From the NCBI GenBank assembly GCA_951406725.2, contig OX597831.1, positions 65,286,001 to 65,350,000 on the forward strand: a stretch of 64,000 nt of DNA, read 5' to 3'. This document shows, one piece after another, positions 12,249 through 25,710 of this stretch. Source of the stretch: Octopus vulgaris. Its lineage: Eukaryota. A program made the position numbers and the translations under genes. Under the pieces are notes generated by a model, which worked only from the letters and a program-made list of their open reading frames with translations, had not been told where the DNA came from and made no database searches. Each line of letters opens with the position of its first letter. Within the stretch, counting starts at the first letter, position 1.

Positions 12249-12635
12249 GGATCTTTTCGGTTTGAACGGCAATTTTTTCTAGTGGTGTCATATGAAATTG
12301 ACCTTAGTATTGATCTATTGCATTTCAATCTGTTTTAGGGTTAGGGGTGGGGGTATCTTTTTTCTTCACAAATGTAAATAAATCCAGTCTGTTTCTTAAA
12401 CGAGGGAACATTCATACGGCACAGAATGTTTTTTACCTCAATAGATGTCAGTGTTGGTTGAAATTGCAGAAATTGGAGAAAAAAACAACAAATATCTTAC
12501 AAACTATAGAATTTTCTCAATAAAGCCAAGAGAAAAAGGATGTTTGATAAACACATTCTACCAGTATACGAAGTTTAAAATTTTTTAGTTACCTAGAAAT
12601 TATATTAAAAACTGCCATTCAAACCGAAAAGATCC
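12249..12635. mobile_element. ~400-bp GGATC MITE
   Basis: TIR GGATCTTTTCGGTTTGAACGGCA, 8-bp TSD CAAACTTC, internal TTAGGG repeats. Confidence 0.9.
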
Positions 12636-12755
12636 CAAACTTCTTCTCAACAAAGTTATATAGCTTCATTTTGAAAACTATAAAAATAACATTCCAGTTA
12701 ACCTTTTTATTAGGTAAATCTGAAAATAAAAAGATATTTACATAGCTGGTTTTGA

Positions 12756-12964
12756 TTAACTAAAAACTATTTTTAGTGGCATATTTGGCCACATTTTGGG
12801 TTGTTTTAGATCAACCATTTGATCGTAAGTCATTTGTAAAGCTGTTTCCATACTATGGATTAGAGAAGCTTTTTTCCCATACAGTTGTTTTATCTCTGAT
12901 GTTCGTTGTGAGCCTGGACGTTCTGATGGAGGAAGTATGCTGGGTGTTCGTAGATGATCAGTAA
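12756..12964 (-). CDS. GEMIN8: Gemin8-like, last coding exon
   Basis: Acceptor ctttaccag|. Encodes (V)TDHLRTPSILPPSERPGSQRTSEIKQLYGKKASLIHSMETALQMTYDQMVDLKQPKMWPNMPLKIVFS*, matching the conserved Gemin8 C-terminus (LYG...IxxMExAxQxxF/YD...QPKxWPxxPL). Minus-strand AATAAA at 12706-12711. Spliced CDS is 711 nt. Confidence 0.92.
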
Positions 12965-13133
12965 CTGGTAAAGAAAACAGAATTGTATTAAAATTTGGTT
13001 TGACTTAAAATTAATTTCAAATAAGGTAGGTAAATTCTAATTCATTTACACTATTGGCTTCAAAAAATCTTACATTAAATATTTATGGATAGGTATTGGA
13101 GAGAAAAGCCATCATTCCAATGTATAACCAATA

Positions 13134-13368
13134 AATATTTCTTTACTACCCACAAGGGGCTAAACACAGAGGGGACAATCAAGGACAGACAAACGGATTA
13201 AGTCGATTACATCAACCCCAGTGCGAAACTGATACTTTATTTATCGACCCTGAGAGGATGAAAAGCAAAGTTGACCTCAGTGGAATTAGAACTGAGAACG
13301 TAGTGGCAGACGAAATACAGCTATGCATTTCGCCCGGCGTGCTAACGTTTCTGCCAGCTCGCTGCCTT
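13134..13368 (-). mobile_element. SINE family B (central domain resembles Meta/MESC) in a GEMIN8 intron
   Basis: GGCAGCGAGCTGGCAGAAACGTTAG head, CTTTTCATCCTCTCAGGGTCGATAAA core, and a 16-bp TSD CAATGTATAACCAATA. Confidence 0.85.
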
Positions 13369-13702
13369 CAATGTATAACCAATATATTTAAGCAAGTCAA
13401 AAACCTGGTTCCACTAAGTTGAATCACCAGTTTACCAAAGGTTAGCACGTTACCCTCTGAGAAACCATTTCCTCTTCTCACTGATAGAACATCTTCAAAC
13501 AAGATCTCTAGCAAGAACTTTTACAGTTGTCCTAGCAAAAGATTTTACAACTGTCCTGGTAGTCAGAGAGAGGACAGGGTATAGCCATGATACCAATAAT
13601 AATTGGCTATTTGCTCACAATAAGTGTAGAGCGAAGAAAAAAATGAAAGCTACAAAGAATATACACCAACATGGTAAAAACAATTTATATTCAGTAACTT
13701 AC

Positions 13703-13762
13703 CATCTTCAATATTGACACATTGTCCAGCATCTTCAGCGTTTTGTTCGTTTTTTAAAGCTT
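13703..13762 (-). CDS. GEMIN8: Gemin8-like, coding exon 2 (60 nt)
   Basis: Bounded by atctacag| and |gtaagt, phase 1/1. Encodes (E)ALKNEQNAEDAGQCVNIED and joins the flanking exons in frame. Confidence 0.8.
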
Positions 13763-13849
13763 CTGTAGATAAAATAATATTTGGAGTTTATATTCTTAAA
13801 TGTATGAAGTAAAAAAAAAATAATTTATTTTTATTTTCAAAGAGACACA

Positions 13850-14085
13850 ATCATCATCATTTAACGTCTGCTTTCCATGCTAGCATGGGTTGGACGATTT
13901 GACTGAGGTCTGGCGAACCAGACTCCAATCTGATCTGGCAGTGTTTCTACAGCTGGATGCCCTTCCTAATGCCAACCACTCCGAGAGTGTAGTGGGTGCT
14001 TTTACGTGCCACCGGCACGAGGGCCAGTTTGGTGGTACTGGCAACGGCCGTGCCCAAATGGTGCTTTGTACGTGCCACCTGTACA
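13850..14085 (-). mobile_element. RTE 3' UTR fragment in a GEMIN8 intron
   Basis: Same family as 6236-6911. Confidence 0.8.
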
Positions 14086-14324
14086 GGATTACTATGCTAC
14101 ACTTTTTATTCTGTTTGTCCAAGACATCCTTGCTGAAAATAGGCATTTCCTTCAATGTCATGCAGTTAGTCACACAAAATACATGTAACAAAAACCAACT
14201 GAACAGTTTATGTGAGAATATTGGGGTTTGAATTCTGGCACAAGGCCAGCAGTTTTGGGGGAGGGGTTAAGTTGATTACATCAACCCATGTTCAACTGGC
14301 ACTTCTTTTATTGACCCTGAAATG

Positions 14325-14909
14325 TGATCAGCCAAGCACACTTTTGATCAGGTGTCAGGAGACATGGCATCCCTTGAGCAGAAAGCTTTGTCATGCCAAG
14401 TTCATTGTGCAGAATATTCTCAATTCTTTCATGGGATATGCTAATACCATTGGCTATTTGATTTATAGTAAATCACTTGTCATACATCACCATGTGGTGA
14501 ACATAATCAATGTTTTCCTCAATGTTGGCAGTTGCAGGACGTCCAGACCTTGGATCATCTCCAAGACTTTTCCTTCCCCTTCTAAATTCAGCTGCCCACT
14601 TTTGTACTTTTGATAAAGCTGAAGTGTTATCCCTTAATGTAGCAACCATGCCAGTATAAATGTCCTTGGGGAACCAAACCCTTTTTCTGCAGATACTTGA
14701 TAACACCATGATGCCAAATTTTGTTCATTTTCAAGAGAAGTTGCTATCAGTTACTTTTGAAGTTTTCTGTGAACAGTCAGGTGTCAGTTTACCTGGAAAG
14801 AAATACTGCAGTTATTAAGAAGAATTGTTGAAATTAATGCATGCAAAACTTCAAAGCTCTAGCATCACTCCTTCATAATCAGCCAAAGTACTTTTCAACC
14901 CACTTTGTA
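14325..14909 (-). mobile_element. Mariner transposase 5' relic in a GEMIN8 intron
   Basis: VQKWAAEFRRGRKSLGDDPRSGRP HTH region, disrupted. Confidence 0.8.
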
Positions 14910-14949
14910 AATTATTGTGATGATAATAATTGTAAACAATGATTTTTAC

Positions 14950-15391
14950 CTCGTTCTTCTCGAAATTTTCTAGAGACAATCATGAAGTCTAAAAGACTGT
15001 CTGGAACTTTCATTTCAATATCCTCAGTAGTATCCATTGGTTCTGTTGCAGTACATGTACTCGAAGACTTCCTTTGATGTCTAAACTTGTTATGTTGTTT
15101 TTTGTGATGATATGAAGGTGACCGCTGTTGATTTGGATGCCATGGTGGGGATGATATTGACGAGGATTGCTGGTTATAAGCCATTGTCATGTTGACAGGC
15201 CATTCAGCAGACTGTGAAGCATTTCTTATGTAGTTAAGATGATTCATATACCATTGGGTTGAATAGTTGTAATACTGCCAGTATTTAGAGAAATAATCAT
15301 GTGTGAACCAAGAATTAGTTGCAGCCGAGAGGCATGTGTTTTTGGAAGGCTTTTTACAGGAATGCAATTTATTTGACTTTTTCCCTTTCAT
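14950..15391 (-). CDS. GEMIN8: Gemin8 (SMN complex subunit)-like, coding exon 1
   Basis: MKGKKS...WFTHDYFSKYWQYYNYSTQWYMNH resembles the Gemin8 N-terminal aromatic motif. EMKVPDSLLDFMIVSRKFREER resembles its central helix. The exon ends at a GT donor (G|gtaaaa, phase 1). A candidate acceptor (ttttaacag) lies at ~15466. Confidence 0.88.
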
Positions 15392-15821
15392 TATTTAAAT
15401 AACAAAATATATTCTGTATATTTGAAAAGGATAGGTTCACCTGTCTATTTCTTTCCAAAGATTATCTGTTAAAAGTAAATAAAAAAAACAATTTAAAAAA
15501 TTTCTTTTATTTGCATTTTTGCAATATTGTATTCAGGATTTCAAAGTTCTTTATATGCAATTAGTTTCAAGGTGCTACAGTCCATTCCCTCAAAAGAAAA
15601 GAAAAGAAAAAGGGACAAGAATAAAAATTTTAAATACATAAACACATATACTGGTTATAATAATTCAGTGATCAACACTGAAAAATAAAAGAAATTATAT
15701 CACTCCTGGGATTCATCACAACAACAATGCACCCTGGAAATGATGTCTCCTCACTTGTGAGTTTTTTTACCAAAAACAGCATAGAATTCCTCCTGCACCT
15801 GCTCTATTTGCCAGATTTAGC

Positions 15822-16055
15822 ACCTATTTTTTTACTACCCACAAGGGGCTAAACACAGAGAGGACAAACAAGGACAGACACACGGATTAAGTTGATTACA
15901 TTGACCCCAGTGCGTAACTGGTACTTAATTTATCGACCCCGAAAGGATGAAATGCAAAGTCGACCTCTGCGGAATTTGAACTCAGAATGTAACGGCGGAT
16001 GAAATACCACTAAGCATTTCGCCCGGCATGCTAACGTTTCTGCCAGCTCGCCACC
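15822..16055 (-). mobile_element. SINE family B inserted in a mariner 3' relic (~15680-16310)
   Basis: Family B consensus with TSD ATTTAGCACCT. The flanks read like a degenerate YSPDLAP motif and WxxCIxxQGDSFE. Confidence 0.8.
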
Positions 16056-16471
16056 TATTTAGCACCTGCGAACTTCTATCTCTTCCCCAAGATGACAAAT
16101 ACAGCTCAAAGGCCACATTTTTAACACCATTGTTGAGAGCAAGAGCTAATTGTAGAAGCTCCTCTACTTGCTTACAGAAAATGACTTCCAGTCTGGATTC
16201 CAAAAGTGACAGGAACACTGGGATTGGTGTATTGCTGTGCAAGGTGACTCTTTTGAAGATGATGATGTTAAAACTTAGGTAAATAGTCTGGGAATTTTTT
16301 TATACCACCTTGTAGCTTTTGGTTTTTGAGTTTTAGTTTGATTTTCATGAGAATCTAATAATTTTGAATTCAATTAATATTTGCTTTATATACTGCATTA
16401 TCATGATTTGAACTCTTACAGAGGTTGCTTATCAATCATGGTGTAACTTAGTTTGGAAAGAATTGTCTTTA

Positions 16472-16742
16472 AAGCACCATCCAATCGTGGCCGTTGCCAG
16501 CCTTGCCTGGTCCCTGTGCCGGTGGCACATAAAAAGCACCATCTGACTGTGGCCGTTTGCCAGCCCTGTGACACGTAAAAAGCACCCACTGCACTCATGG
16601 AGTGGTTGGCGTTAGGAAGGGCATCCAGCCGTAGAAACATTGCCATATCAGACTGGGCCTAGTGCAGCCTTCTGGCTTCCCAGACCCCAGTTGAACCCTC
16701 TAACCCATGCTAGCATGGAAAGCGGACGCTAAATGATGATGA
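16472..16742 (+). mobile_element. RTE 3' UTR fragment
   Basis: Same family as 6236-6911. Confidence 0.8.
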
Positions 16743-18443
16743 ACATTCTATTGGTTTCAAGGCAGTCCAAAGTAGGTTTTACCTTTTAGTCTAGATCACT
16801 TAGTGTAAAAGTTTTTACCACCATTTTGTTTCTATTATGTAAACATTTTGCAAACACTAAACATCAGCAATATTTTGCAGATATGTAGAAGTTGATGGTC
16901 AAACTACATTAAATTTTTATGATGATTTTTCACTTATATTTCAACTACATCACCTTTCTGATGTAGAGACACATTAAACAGGTTGGTAGGTATTGAGAAT
17001 TCTGAGATGATGTCACCAAATTGAATTGCTGAAGAATTTAGTTTCAGTAATTCAAAATATATACTGAAATACATCTATGGGATGTATTCATACAGAATTT
17101 ATTGGAATGTAAGCTGTGTATGGCAATCATATTTCATCTCATTCATGAGGCTCCATACTCTATGTTTTGATGATCTTACCACTTTTCATGTCTTCGTTAG
17201 TCAGCCTTGAAACCTAGTTTTACAGTTAGGTGCAGCAGAAAAAAACACACATCCTTGCATTTACTGGTTAATGTTTACAAGTACACTGGCATGAAAAAAA
17301 ATTGACCCTTTTTTTTTTCTTTGAAATTTTTTTTAGCAGATTACTATGCTTTTGATGACAGAGATTCTGAATATGCTAAAAACCATGTTTTCAAAATTTT
17401 AAATTATAAAATAGTTTTGAAACTACATATATGTCAATGAGTCTGCAGCTAGCTTTTTTGTTGTTGACGTAGCTTTCTTCAACCGAATACAAGTCGTTGA
17501 TTGGTTAAAATTACCCAAATACAACAACTTTAACACGAAATAACTTCTAAAATACCAAATCCTCTTTGGGTAATCACTAGGTTTAGTATAAAACATTATT
17601 TCGACCAATAAATAGATTTGGTATAAGCTGTTTTGAATAACAGTTATGTTTTATATATACTGTTACTTTCACTAACTTTGTTACTTTGGTATTGATCCTT
17701 CACAGGATCATAGAAGCTCTCTGGTCATCTTTGGATGAACTATGATTCAATTACATGGACATGCCGGGATTTCTGGACAGATTTGTCAAATGTATTTACT
17801 CGCATCATATACATTTTTTGGTGATAAACTTAAATTTAGCATTGACTGGGAACTAAAATTAGTTGATTATCATACTAAAAAAAAAAAAAGAAAGAAATTC
17901 AATGCACAATCAAAACCTATTCATCTAAAATATTATGGTACCACAGACGATAGTTGCGGCATGAGAATTTTACAGGCACTTTTAAAGTAAAGGCAAGAGT
18001 TTTCTTTAGTAATTTGTATCTGTTGAAATTCGTCTCTGATACATCAACCATAAATATGACATTTTTACAAACTGACAAAATATCTCATATACCGACTGTG
18101 GTGAAGAGATGCACTGAAGTAAAGATGGTGAGAATAGAGTCAATTTCACAAGAAAAAGTGATAACTCCCTAGTGCCTTAACCTTCCACAATCTCCAAAAA
18201 AATAGCCAAAGTACAACAGTTTTAGCTAATTTAATACATTTTAAACTTTTTGTCAATAATCATGTTTAACAAGGTGATTGCTGCAGATGGGAACTGAAAT
18301 CGATCAAGGCTCAAAATCTGTAGAATCGATAATCTAGTGATTTCTTAGAACACAACTACCTACATCATCTCAATAACAAGCACCTTGACAGAATTAGCCA
18401 ATTTAAGCATTTGGTATCACCATAACTCACAATAATAAATTTT

Positions 18444-18854
18444 GGATCTTTTCGGTTTGAACGGCAGTTTTTTCTAACGGTGTCATATGAAATTGTCACC
18501 CATAATTATGACCCTAGTATTGATCTATTGCATTTCAATCTGTTTTAGGGTTAGGGGTGGGGAGAAGGGTATCTTTTTTTCTTCACAAATGTAAATAAAC
18601 CCAATTTGTTTCTTAAACGAGGGAACATTCATACGGCACAGAATGTGTTTTTTTACCTCAATAGACGTCAGTGATTGGTTGAAATTGCAGAAATTGAAGA
18701 AAAAACAACAAATATCTTACAAACATTAAAATTTTCTCAATAAAGCCAAGAGAAAAATATGTTTTATAAACAAATTCTACCAGTATACGAAGTTTAACAT
18801 TTTTTAGTTACCTAGAAATCATGTTAAAAACTGCCGTTCAAACCGAAAAGATCC
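18444..18854. mobile_element. GGATC MITE
   Basis: Same TIRs. Flanking AATTTT duplicated (6 bp). Confidence 0.9.
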
Positions 18855-18924
18855 AATTTTTACTTACACAATAAAAAAATGTCCTCAAAAGTTCATGAGC
18901 TCCCCCAAGAAAAAAAAAAAGAAA

Positions 18925-19260
18925 AAACTCAGGACATTGACATTCAAAACAATTTTGTAGACAAATTATAGAACACACTAGTCCCATATGGAACAAGTAT
19001 ACATCAACAACTTGGAATCAATACACAGAAGGACCTTCAGGTGGGCGCATTATATTCCGGAACATTGAATAAAGTGACAGAACGTAGATTCATGAATTTG
19101 GAAATGAGAAGACATGCAAAATCACCATGATCAAAATTTGGTAGAATGCACCGATTATGGACCCTGAAAAATACTGGAAAAGACTATATGACATATAATA
19201 CCAGAACTAGTTATCTTAAGGAACATAGAGAATAGTGACAACAAAATAACATCCATACAT
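18925..19260 (+). mobile_element. Degenerate CR1/L2-like LINE C-terminal fragment
   Basis: Remnants read IIEHTSPIW and LESIHRRTFR. Confidence 0.4.
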
Positions 19261-19579
19261 TAAGTGCTTAACAACTCGGGAAGTGAAACCGATTACTGGG
19301 CAGGAGGGGCACTGTCATAAAGGGATAGGCTTATAAATAAAAGAATTCTTATATTCCTTTGATAGCCACATGAAACTTTGTCTCGTCAAAATGCAGTCGC
19401 GACCCAGAACAGACAAAGAGTTATATATATATATGTGTGTGATATAAGTTATATGATGTATAAAAACATGTAATATACAAATAAATATCTGTAAATATAA
19501 AACCATCCGAATTTCTGAGTACCTCATTTCTTCTAATATATAATACCTGTACATCATCTCCAAACTTTCTAATATATAT

Positions 19580-19631
<52 letters not shown>

Positions 19632-19767
19632 ATATATATATGCATATATAAAGCATATCGGTGTTTATTATTGAGAAGAAAAACATCATTATAAGCGATC
19701 CTTCGATGTGAGTACCATAGTTGTCAAAGATCGCCTTATAATATAAAATATAAATTTTAGTTTTTAC

Positions 19768-19910
19768 CTTTAAACTATTTTCCCTTCTTCAGTAATTAAA
19801 ATATGATCATTATAGTTAGAATTGGTCTACTTCAAGACATTTAAAGAATCGGTGATGTGACTTGGTGCTAAGGGCAACAGGAAGTAATTGACGGTGCTGC
19901 CACCTGCAGA
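19768..19910 (-). promoter_or_regulatory. Candidate non-coding first exon and promoter of GEMIN8
   Basis: Minus-strand AAG|gtaaaa donor at 19767 in unique sequence. ETS-like CAGGAAGT at ~19878 and a CTCF-like TGCCACCTGCAG at ~19898. Inference only. Confidence 0.4.
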
Positions 19911-20208
19911 CAACACTATCAAACGAAGCTTTCAGTTGCATGGGATGGTAATTAATGACAGTTAATTAGATTAATTGAAAACGGAACAAATCAGCATATA
20001 TATATGTGTGTGTCACTACGTTCGCAAAGTTGATTAACGTATGTGTAAGTAATGTATGTTTAATTGGTATAAAACTGAGACGTATAGATTATACACAGCT
20101 GATTGTAAGGTACCCCACCAGATGTACCTTATTCGAACAGACCTATGATAGTCATGACTATTCCATTTTTATTTTTTAATCAGGCACTTTAGGATTTCGT
20201 TTTCGATA

Positions 20209-20426
20209 CTACTAGCGAACAGTGGTCCCGGTGCGCGCACTCGCACATCCGCGCTAGCTAGTCATGAGTAGTCGATCCATACTTAGTTTAAAAATTATTT
20301 ACGTAAAAACAATTATTTATTTTGTGTTTTACTTACTTTGCTAGGGAGTCGTTGTAGGATCGACTAGTCACGACTAGCTTGCGTGAATACGCGTGTGCGC
20401 GCACCGGGACCACTGTTCGCTAGTAG
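20209..20426. mobile_element. 218-bp Tc1/mariner-type MITE
   Basis: ~70-bp imperfect TIRs starting CTACTAGCGAACAGTGGTCCCGGTGCGCGCAC, with a TA TSD. Confidence 0.85.
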
Positions 20427-20964
20427 TACCTTCATTTTCCAATCTGTCCCTATTTCAATTATTATTTTTTTATTAAGACGGTAGGTTGTAATTTGGCTGC
20501 TATTTCTAACACTTCGAATGACCATACACAGTACCTATTGGTCTCTTTACTTCTGTTTATTTACCTGAAACTAAGAATAGCTCGAGTTTTCTTTGTGGTG
20601 GGCAAAACATCTGATTCAGGGGAAAATGTATGATTCTGCTACGATCTTTCAATTTAAGGACATAAAATCCAGATTGAAAAATTACATAAAAAAATTCGCC
20701 CGTCTAATTTCCCTTCCTAATATCAATTACTTCTTTATTTTTTTAACATTTCTCTTTATAAAATGTATTTGGTTTTCCACCCAGCTGGTAAGTTCACATA
20801 GACAGTATTTTGGTTAGTGTTTAACTTTCATACACGTTCATTTGGAATAAACATCGATTTCTTAGACTCTTCGGATCTCTGTGTGTTCATTTATTTTCAC
20901 GATATATTTCATGTCAGAGAATGGGCCGCAGTCGCAATACGTCGATTCTATTCTATGTTTCGCA

Positions 20965-21546
20965 TGTCGTAGCGCAGATTTCCGTCGATTTCCGTAAAAA
21001 ACTTTTATTTTTTTACATAAGTAATGAGAGCGAAAGAGACTAAGAGGAAGCGATTTTATGACGAGAAGGTTTCACTTTGAAATCGGCCTGTGTGTGTTTG
21101 ATGGGGTGTGGGAGACAGACAGTATGTTGTGTAAGTGAAGTGCTTCTGTTAGTGTGTGCGAAGAGACAGAGAGAGTAATGTGTGAAAGAGAGAGATAACT
21201 GATTTTTTACTCGGTGTATGTGTATATGTATGTATGCATGTATGTGTATATGTATGTATGCATGTATCTATGTATGTGTGTGTGTGTAAGTATGTGTGTG
21301 TGTATGTATGTATGTATGGCCGATTCATCGTAATTTTTTACTCGGTGTATGTGTATATGTATGTCTGCATGTATGTGTGTGTGTGTATGTATCTATGTAT
21401 GTGTGTATGTGTATGTGTGTATGTATGTATGGTCGATTCAGTGTAATTTTTTACTCGGTGTATGTGTATATGTATGTCTGCATGTATGTGTGTGTGTGTA
21501 TGTATCTTTGTGTGTGTGTGTGTGTAAGTATGTGTGTGTGTATGTA

Positions 21547-21577
<31 letters not shown>

Positions 21578-21827
21578 GTGTGTGTATGTATGTATGTACT
21601 CGGTGTATGTGTATATGTATGTCTGTCTCTTCGCACACACTAACAGAAGCACTTCACTTACACAACATACTGTCTGTCTCCCACACCCCATCAAACACAC
21701 ACAGGCCGATTTCAAAGTGAAACCTTCTCGTCATAAAATCGCTTCCTCTTAGTCTCTTTCGCTCTCATTACTTATGTAAAAAAATAAAAGTTTTTTACGG
21801 AAATCGACGGAAATCTGTGCTACTACA
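20965..21827. mobile_element. Foldback element with ~200-bp TIRs and an internal TG/TATG minisatellite
   Basis: 20965-~21170 is the reverse complement of ~21620-21827. Internal units start TTTTACTCGGTGTATG. Confidence 0.85.
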
Positions 21828-22384
21828 ACCGAAACTATGCCATTCTGGCGAACCGAAACTATGCCATTCTATTCTATGATATACCCTTCTAAGTTGACCT
21901 TAAATTAAGTCTGCGAAACGATGTCACGACTTACCATTTTTTCTTTTTTGAAGGTGGGTGGGGTGAGATTCTGGTTGAAGCACCCCATATAATAACCCCC
22001 TCGTAACTTTTTTATTTTCTGGAGTTTTCAGAAACATTTTGCGAATTTTTGTGTTCTACACATGGGAATTCATACGATTATGCATAAAAATGAAAAAGGA
22101 TAAAGAAACTGTGTATGATTTAAGGGCGATTTAGCTGTTGTTTTTAGCACATCTCACGACCATCTGATACCTTCCTTGTTTCTTTGTCACTCCGACGTAT
22201 TGATGTTTTTCAATATATTCCCCTCTCCCTATAAACTCATTTAATGGAATGATGATGCACCCAAGGACGGTCCATGCCTTCGACAACTACAGACCCAGTC
22301 CAGAAATTACAGGGATCGCAGTTCTCAAAGTCCCCGAGTGAATTAAGACATTTTCTGGATTAAGAGAAAACTAGAGTGACATAC

Positions 22385-22600
22385 AGCTAGCGAACTAGCA
22401 GAATCGTTAGCACGCCGGGCGAAATGCATAGCAGTATTGCGCCCGTCACTACGTCCTGAGTTCAAATTCCGCCGAGGTCGACTTTGCCTTTCATCCTTTC
22501 GGGGTCGATAGATTAAGTACCAGTTGAACACTGGAGTCGATGTAATCGACTTATCCCCTCCCCCGAAATTGCTACCCTTGTGGCGAAATTTGAAACCATT
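22385..22600 (+). mobile_element. SINE family B variant
   Basis: GAGTTCAAATTCCGCCGAGGTCGACTTTGCCTTTCATCCTTTCGGGGTCGAT. Confidence 0.8.
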
Positions 22601-24747
22601 ATCATTATTTAATGGTAGTAATTTGAATTTACATTTATATTTCTTCTATTCAGGTCGTCACAGACTAAAGTTAAGATTGTGTATAAATTATCTAGTTTTT
22701 TCTGGTAGTGTCACTACAGCGAAATCTGATTGTAGATAATACATTTCATAAATACGGCTCCATTAATTTCTTTCTTCGTGCCATATAATAACCACTATTA
22801 TATAAATATTCCATGACATTTAAAGCATGTCTATCTAGTCTGAATAACGCAAGTTAATGAACTGAAGCCCTTCAATTTCACTCGGCAGGTTTTGGAAGAT
22901 GATTGTGTGACTAAAATCTGGAGAATAAATATTTTTAACTAGAATAGCATATTTACAAAACAAATAAAAATCTGCTCGTAGAATTTTTTTCAAGAATATG
23001 TGTCCCGTTTTATTTATTTAAAACATCTATTGTATTATATTCTGACTTCATATATGAAAATCTAACAGAAAGATTTTGTTTTAGTCAACGCCAAAAAGTT
23101 AATACCAAATATAAATTCAAGGGCAACAGTGTGGGAAAGATCTGAATATGGATATATTATAAAACACTTTTTTTTTTCTCTACTGAAATCAAGATTATAA
23201 TTGGGGTTGCATATAATACATATTAGGTTACAAAGTTCCCCCACTAACTTCTCAAAAAAATTCACTTTCATGACGATGAACAATGTAATAAAACTGTATT
23301 ATTTTTGAGATTCTGTTTTATTACATATCAATATATTTTATATAAAATGAAAGAATATTAAGAATCAATATAATGAATTTTAGTTGATTAGTCACTACTC
23401 TTGTGGTTGTCATGCAACACTGTTTGTACTGCATTAAGATTTTAAAGAAATTTTAAGCACAGAAAACGAAATGACGGTATTATATATGGTTGCATATGGA
23501 ATTTTACAGGCATTTATGGTATAATTCGCTTAAAGAGCCATTTTGGAGTATTGGCACAGAAGATAAAATACCTAACAAAGAGTTTGTAGAACTAAGTTAA
23601 GATCTTGAGTTCAAATTCCGCCGAAGTCACCTTTGCCTTCGATAAAATAAAGTATCTTAAGTAAGAAGATCGATTTTAAAATATTTTCGTTAGAAATCCT
23701 TGATGAACTGACTTTTGATAAAAGAATATGAAACTGAAGAAATGTCTTGGAATTGTAATGTCCAGTTCGAAGAACTATGAACACGATAAAAAGAAAAATG
23801 TTTTTAAGATAGTTGAAGGGTGCTGATGTGATATGAAAATGGGGGAGGAACTGTTTTTGAAAACCGTGCAATATAGAATAACTGAAGTCGGTTTCTGAGA
23901 AAATGGACTTTAAAATATACCAACAGATAAACTGAATTTTAAAAAATTCTGTTATATATTTCCAATTTCACTGGGTTTGCCAGAAAAGGCTGTAAATTTC
24001 CGAAAATTTAATTCTGAATTAAGTAAATGTGTTTTAAAGTTTTTTTTTTTTTTTTTTGTCTTATAATATTCCATATTTAATACAGTTCCAACTTACTAGA
24101 AGTTAAAATCAACATTTATTAACAACTACAGAAAATGTTGCTAAATATCTATTACAAGTTGAGTAATTTGTGTACTTTTTAGCAGCAGTTACGCGACTAA
24201 TTACACCTCAGGCAGTAGTTGGATGAAAATGAGTCCATTTAAAAAGAACATTTTCTAGTCTGATTTCCTAGCATATATTTTTTACACAATATGGTAAAAC
24301 TTCCTTCCCAATCTCAAACTACACCCCGTACGAGGAAAACTTTCAATGCCATAATGAGGCTCTGAAAACTCATGTAAATGTTATGGCGATGAGTAAGCTA
24401 GCAATATTGTATAAATTGGTGGGGTGGGTGAGAAGTCTACACGATAAAATGCCCTCTTTTTTAAAATCTTTTTTTCTTTTTTTTATTCGGGTACATTTTG
24501 TGTTCCGGGGGGTGATTTAACGTCATGTAACTGCCGTGCCATACTTTTAATAGGTATTTAGGTATTTGAGCGAATAAGTTTTTGAACATTTCACAAATTA
24601 AACGAGAAAAACAATCAACCCAAAGAATGCGCTGCATGAACTAAACGTAATACTTAATGAACGAAAACGTGTGTGTGGGTGTGTATATAAATAAATAAAT
24701 AAATATGTGTGTGTGTATGCTTATACATATCTGTATTATATATATAT

Positions 24748-25048
24748 CAAAGGTTTTCAAACTTTTGGGCCCGTCCTTATCGTCACATAATGCCCTCAGC
24801 GCCTCACCCCTATTTTTATGTATAAATAAATATTTTATATTGTACTAATTTACATATACTATGAATCATTTGATATTTAATATAATATATATTTTGTATA
24901 CAATACTATAATAATATTATAATAAATTTCCTCCCAGTGCCTCCTTTTTCTCTACTGCACCCCTACCTCCCCCTTAGGCACCAGCGCTCACCTGGATCGT
25001 CTGAACGCCCACCGGGTGGGGCGGTAGCGCCCACTTTGAGAACATATG
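24748..25048. mobile_element. Degenerate hAT-like MITE
   Basis: Imperfect TIRs CAAAGGTTTTCAAAC / TTTGAGAACATATG in a TA tract. Confidence 0.5.
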
Positions 25049-25710
25049 ATATATATGTGTGTGTATATATATATATTTAGTGAATAAATTGGATGAAAAT
25101 ATTGCGAGTTACATATATCTTCGATACGGTCGATATCTTTAAAGTATCGATTGATTTTTTACACTAAACGATTGATTAGCCTGAATTAAAAATAAAAGAA
25201 AAAGAAACATGATTTTTGTTTTCGAAGAAGTAGTCTTTCACTGTAGACATTTGAGAATCTATATAATTAGCGGTGTAATTACAATGGCACTCAAAACTGA
25301 CCTCAAATATTACCGGTCTATCGAAATTCCTGGCGATTATGGTAGCAACTGGGAAGCTTGTTTTACTGCCAGCACATAATAATTATATATATTTAAGAAA
25401 AAAAAATGCTTTCACTGAGTATTCAAACAGGTCAGGCGAGGGTAATACAAACGAACGTTCTCTCGTTTTAACAATTTCTGTTTGGCTTTTTATTTAAAAT
25501 ATTTCCCAAGTACAAGTGTGATAAATAGTATAGGTTGCCTTAAGTTAGCAACTGAGTTCTGAGGAAATGGTGTGTGACTTTATGCCTTTCCTGAGAACAT
25601 AACAGCAGTTAACGAGGTACACAATTCTTCGGAATTTTGGCTCAAGTCAGGCAATTTTGTAAGGAGGAGCAAGTCAGTTACATCGGTTCCATTTTTTGAC
25701 CGGTACTTTA

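Noticed and set aside
19270-19390. GAAAC..GTC hammerhead-like half motifs
   Set aside because: No intact CTGANGA core could be placed upstream.
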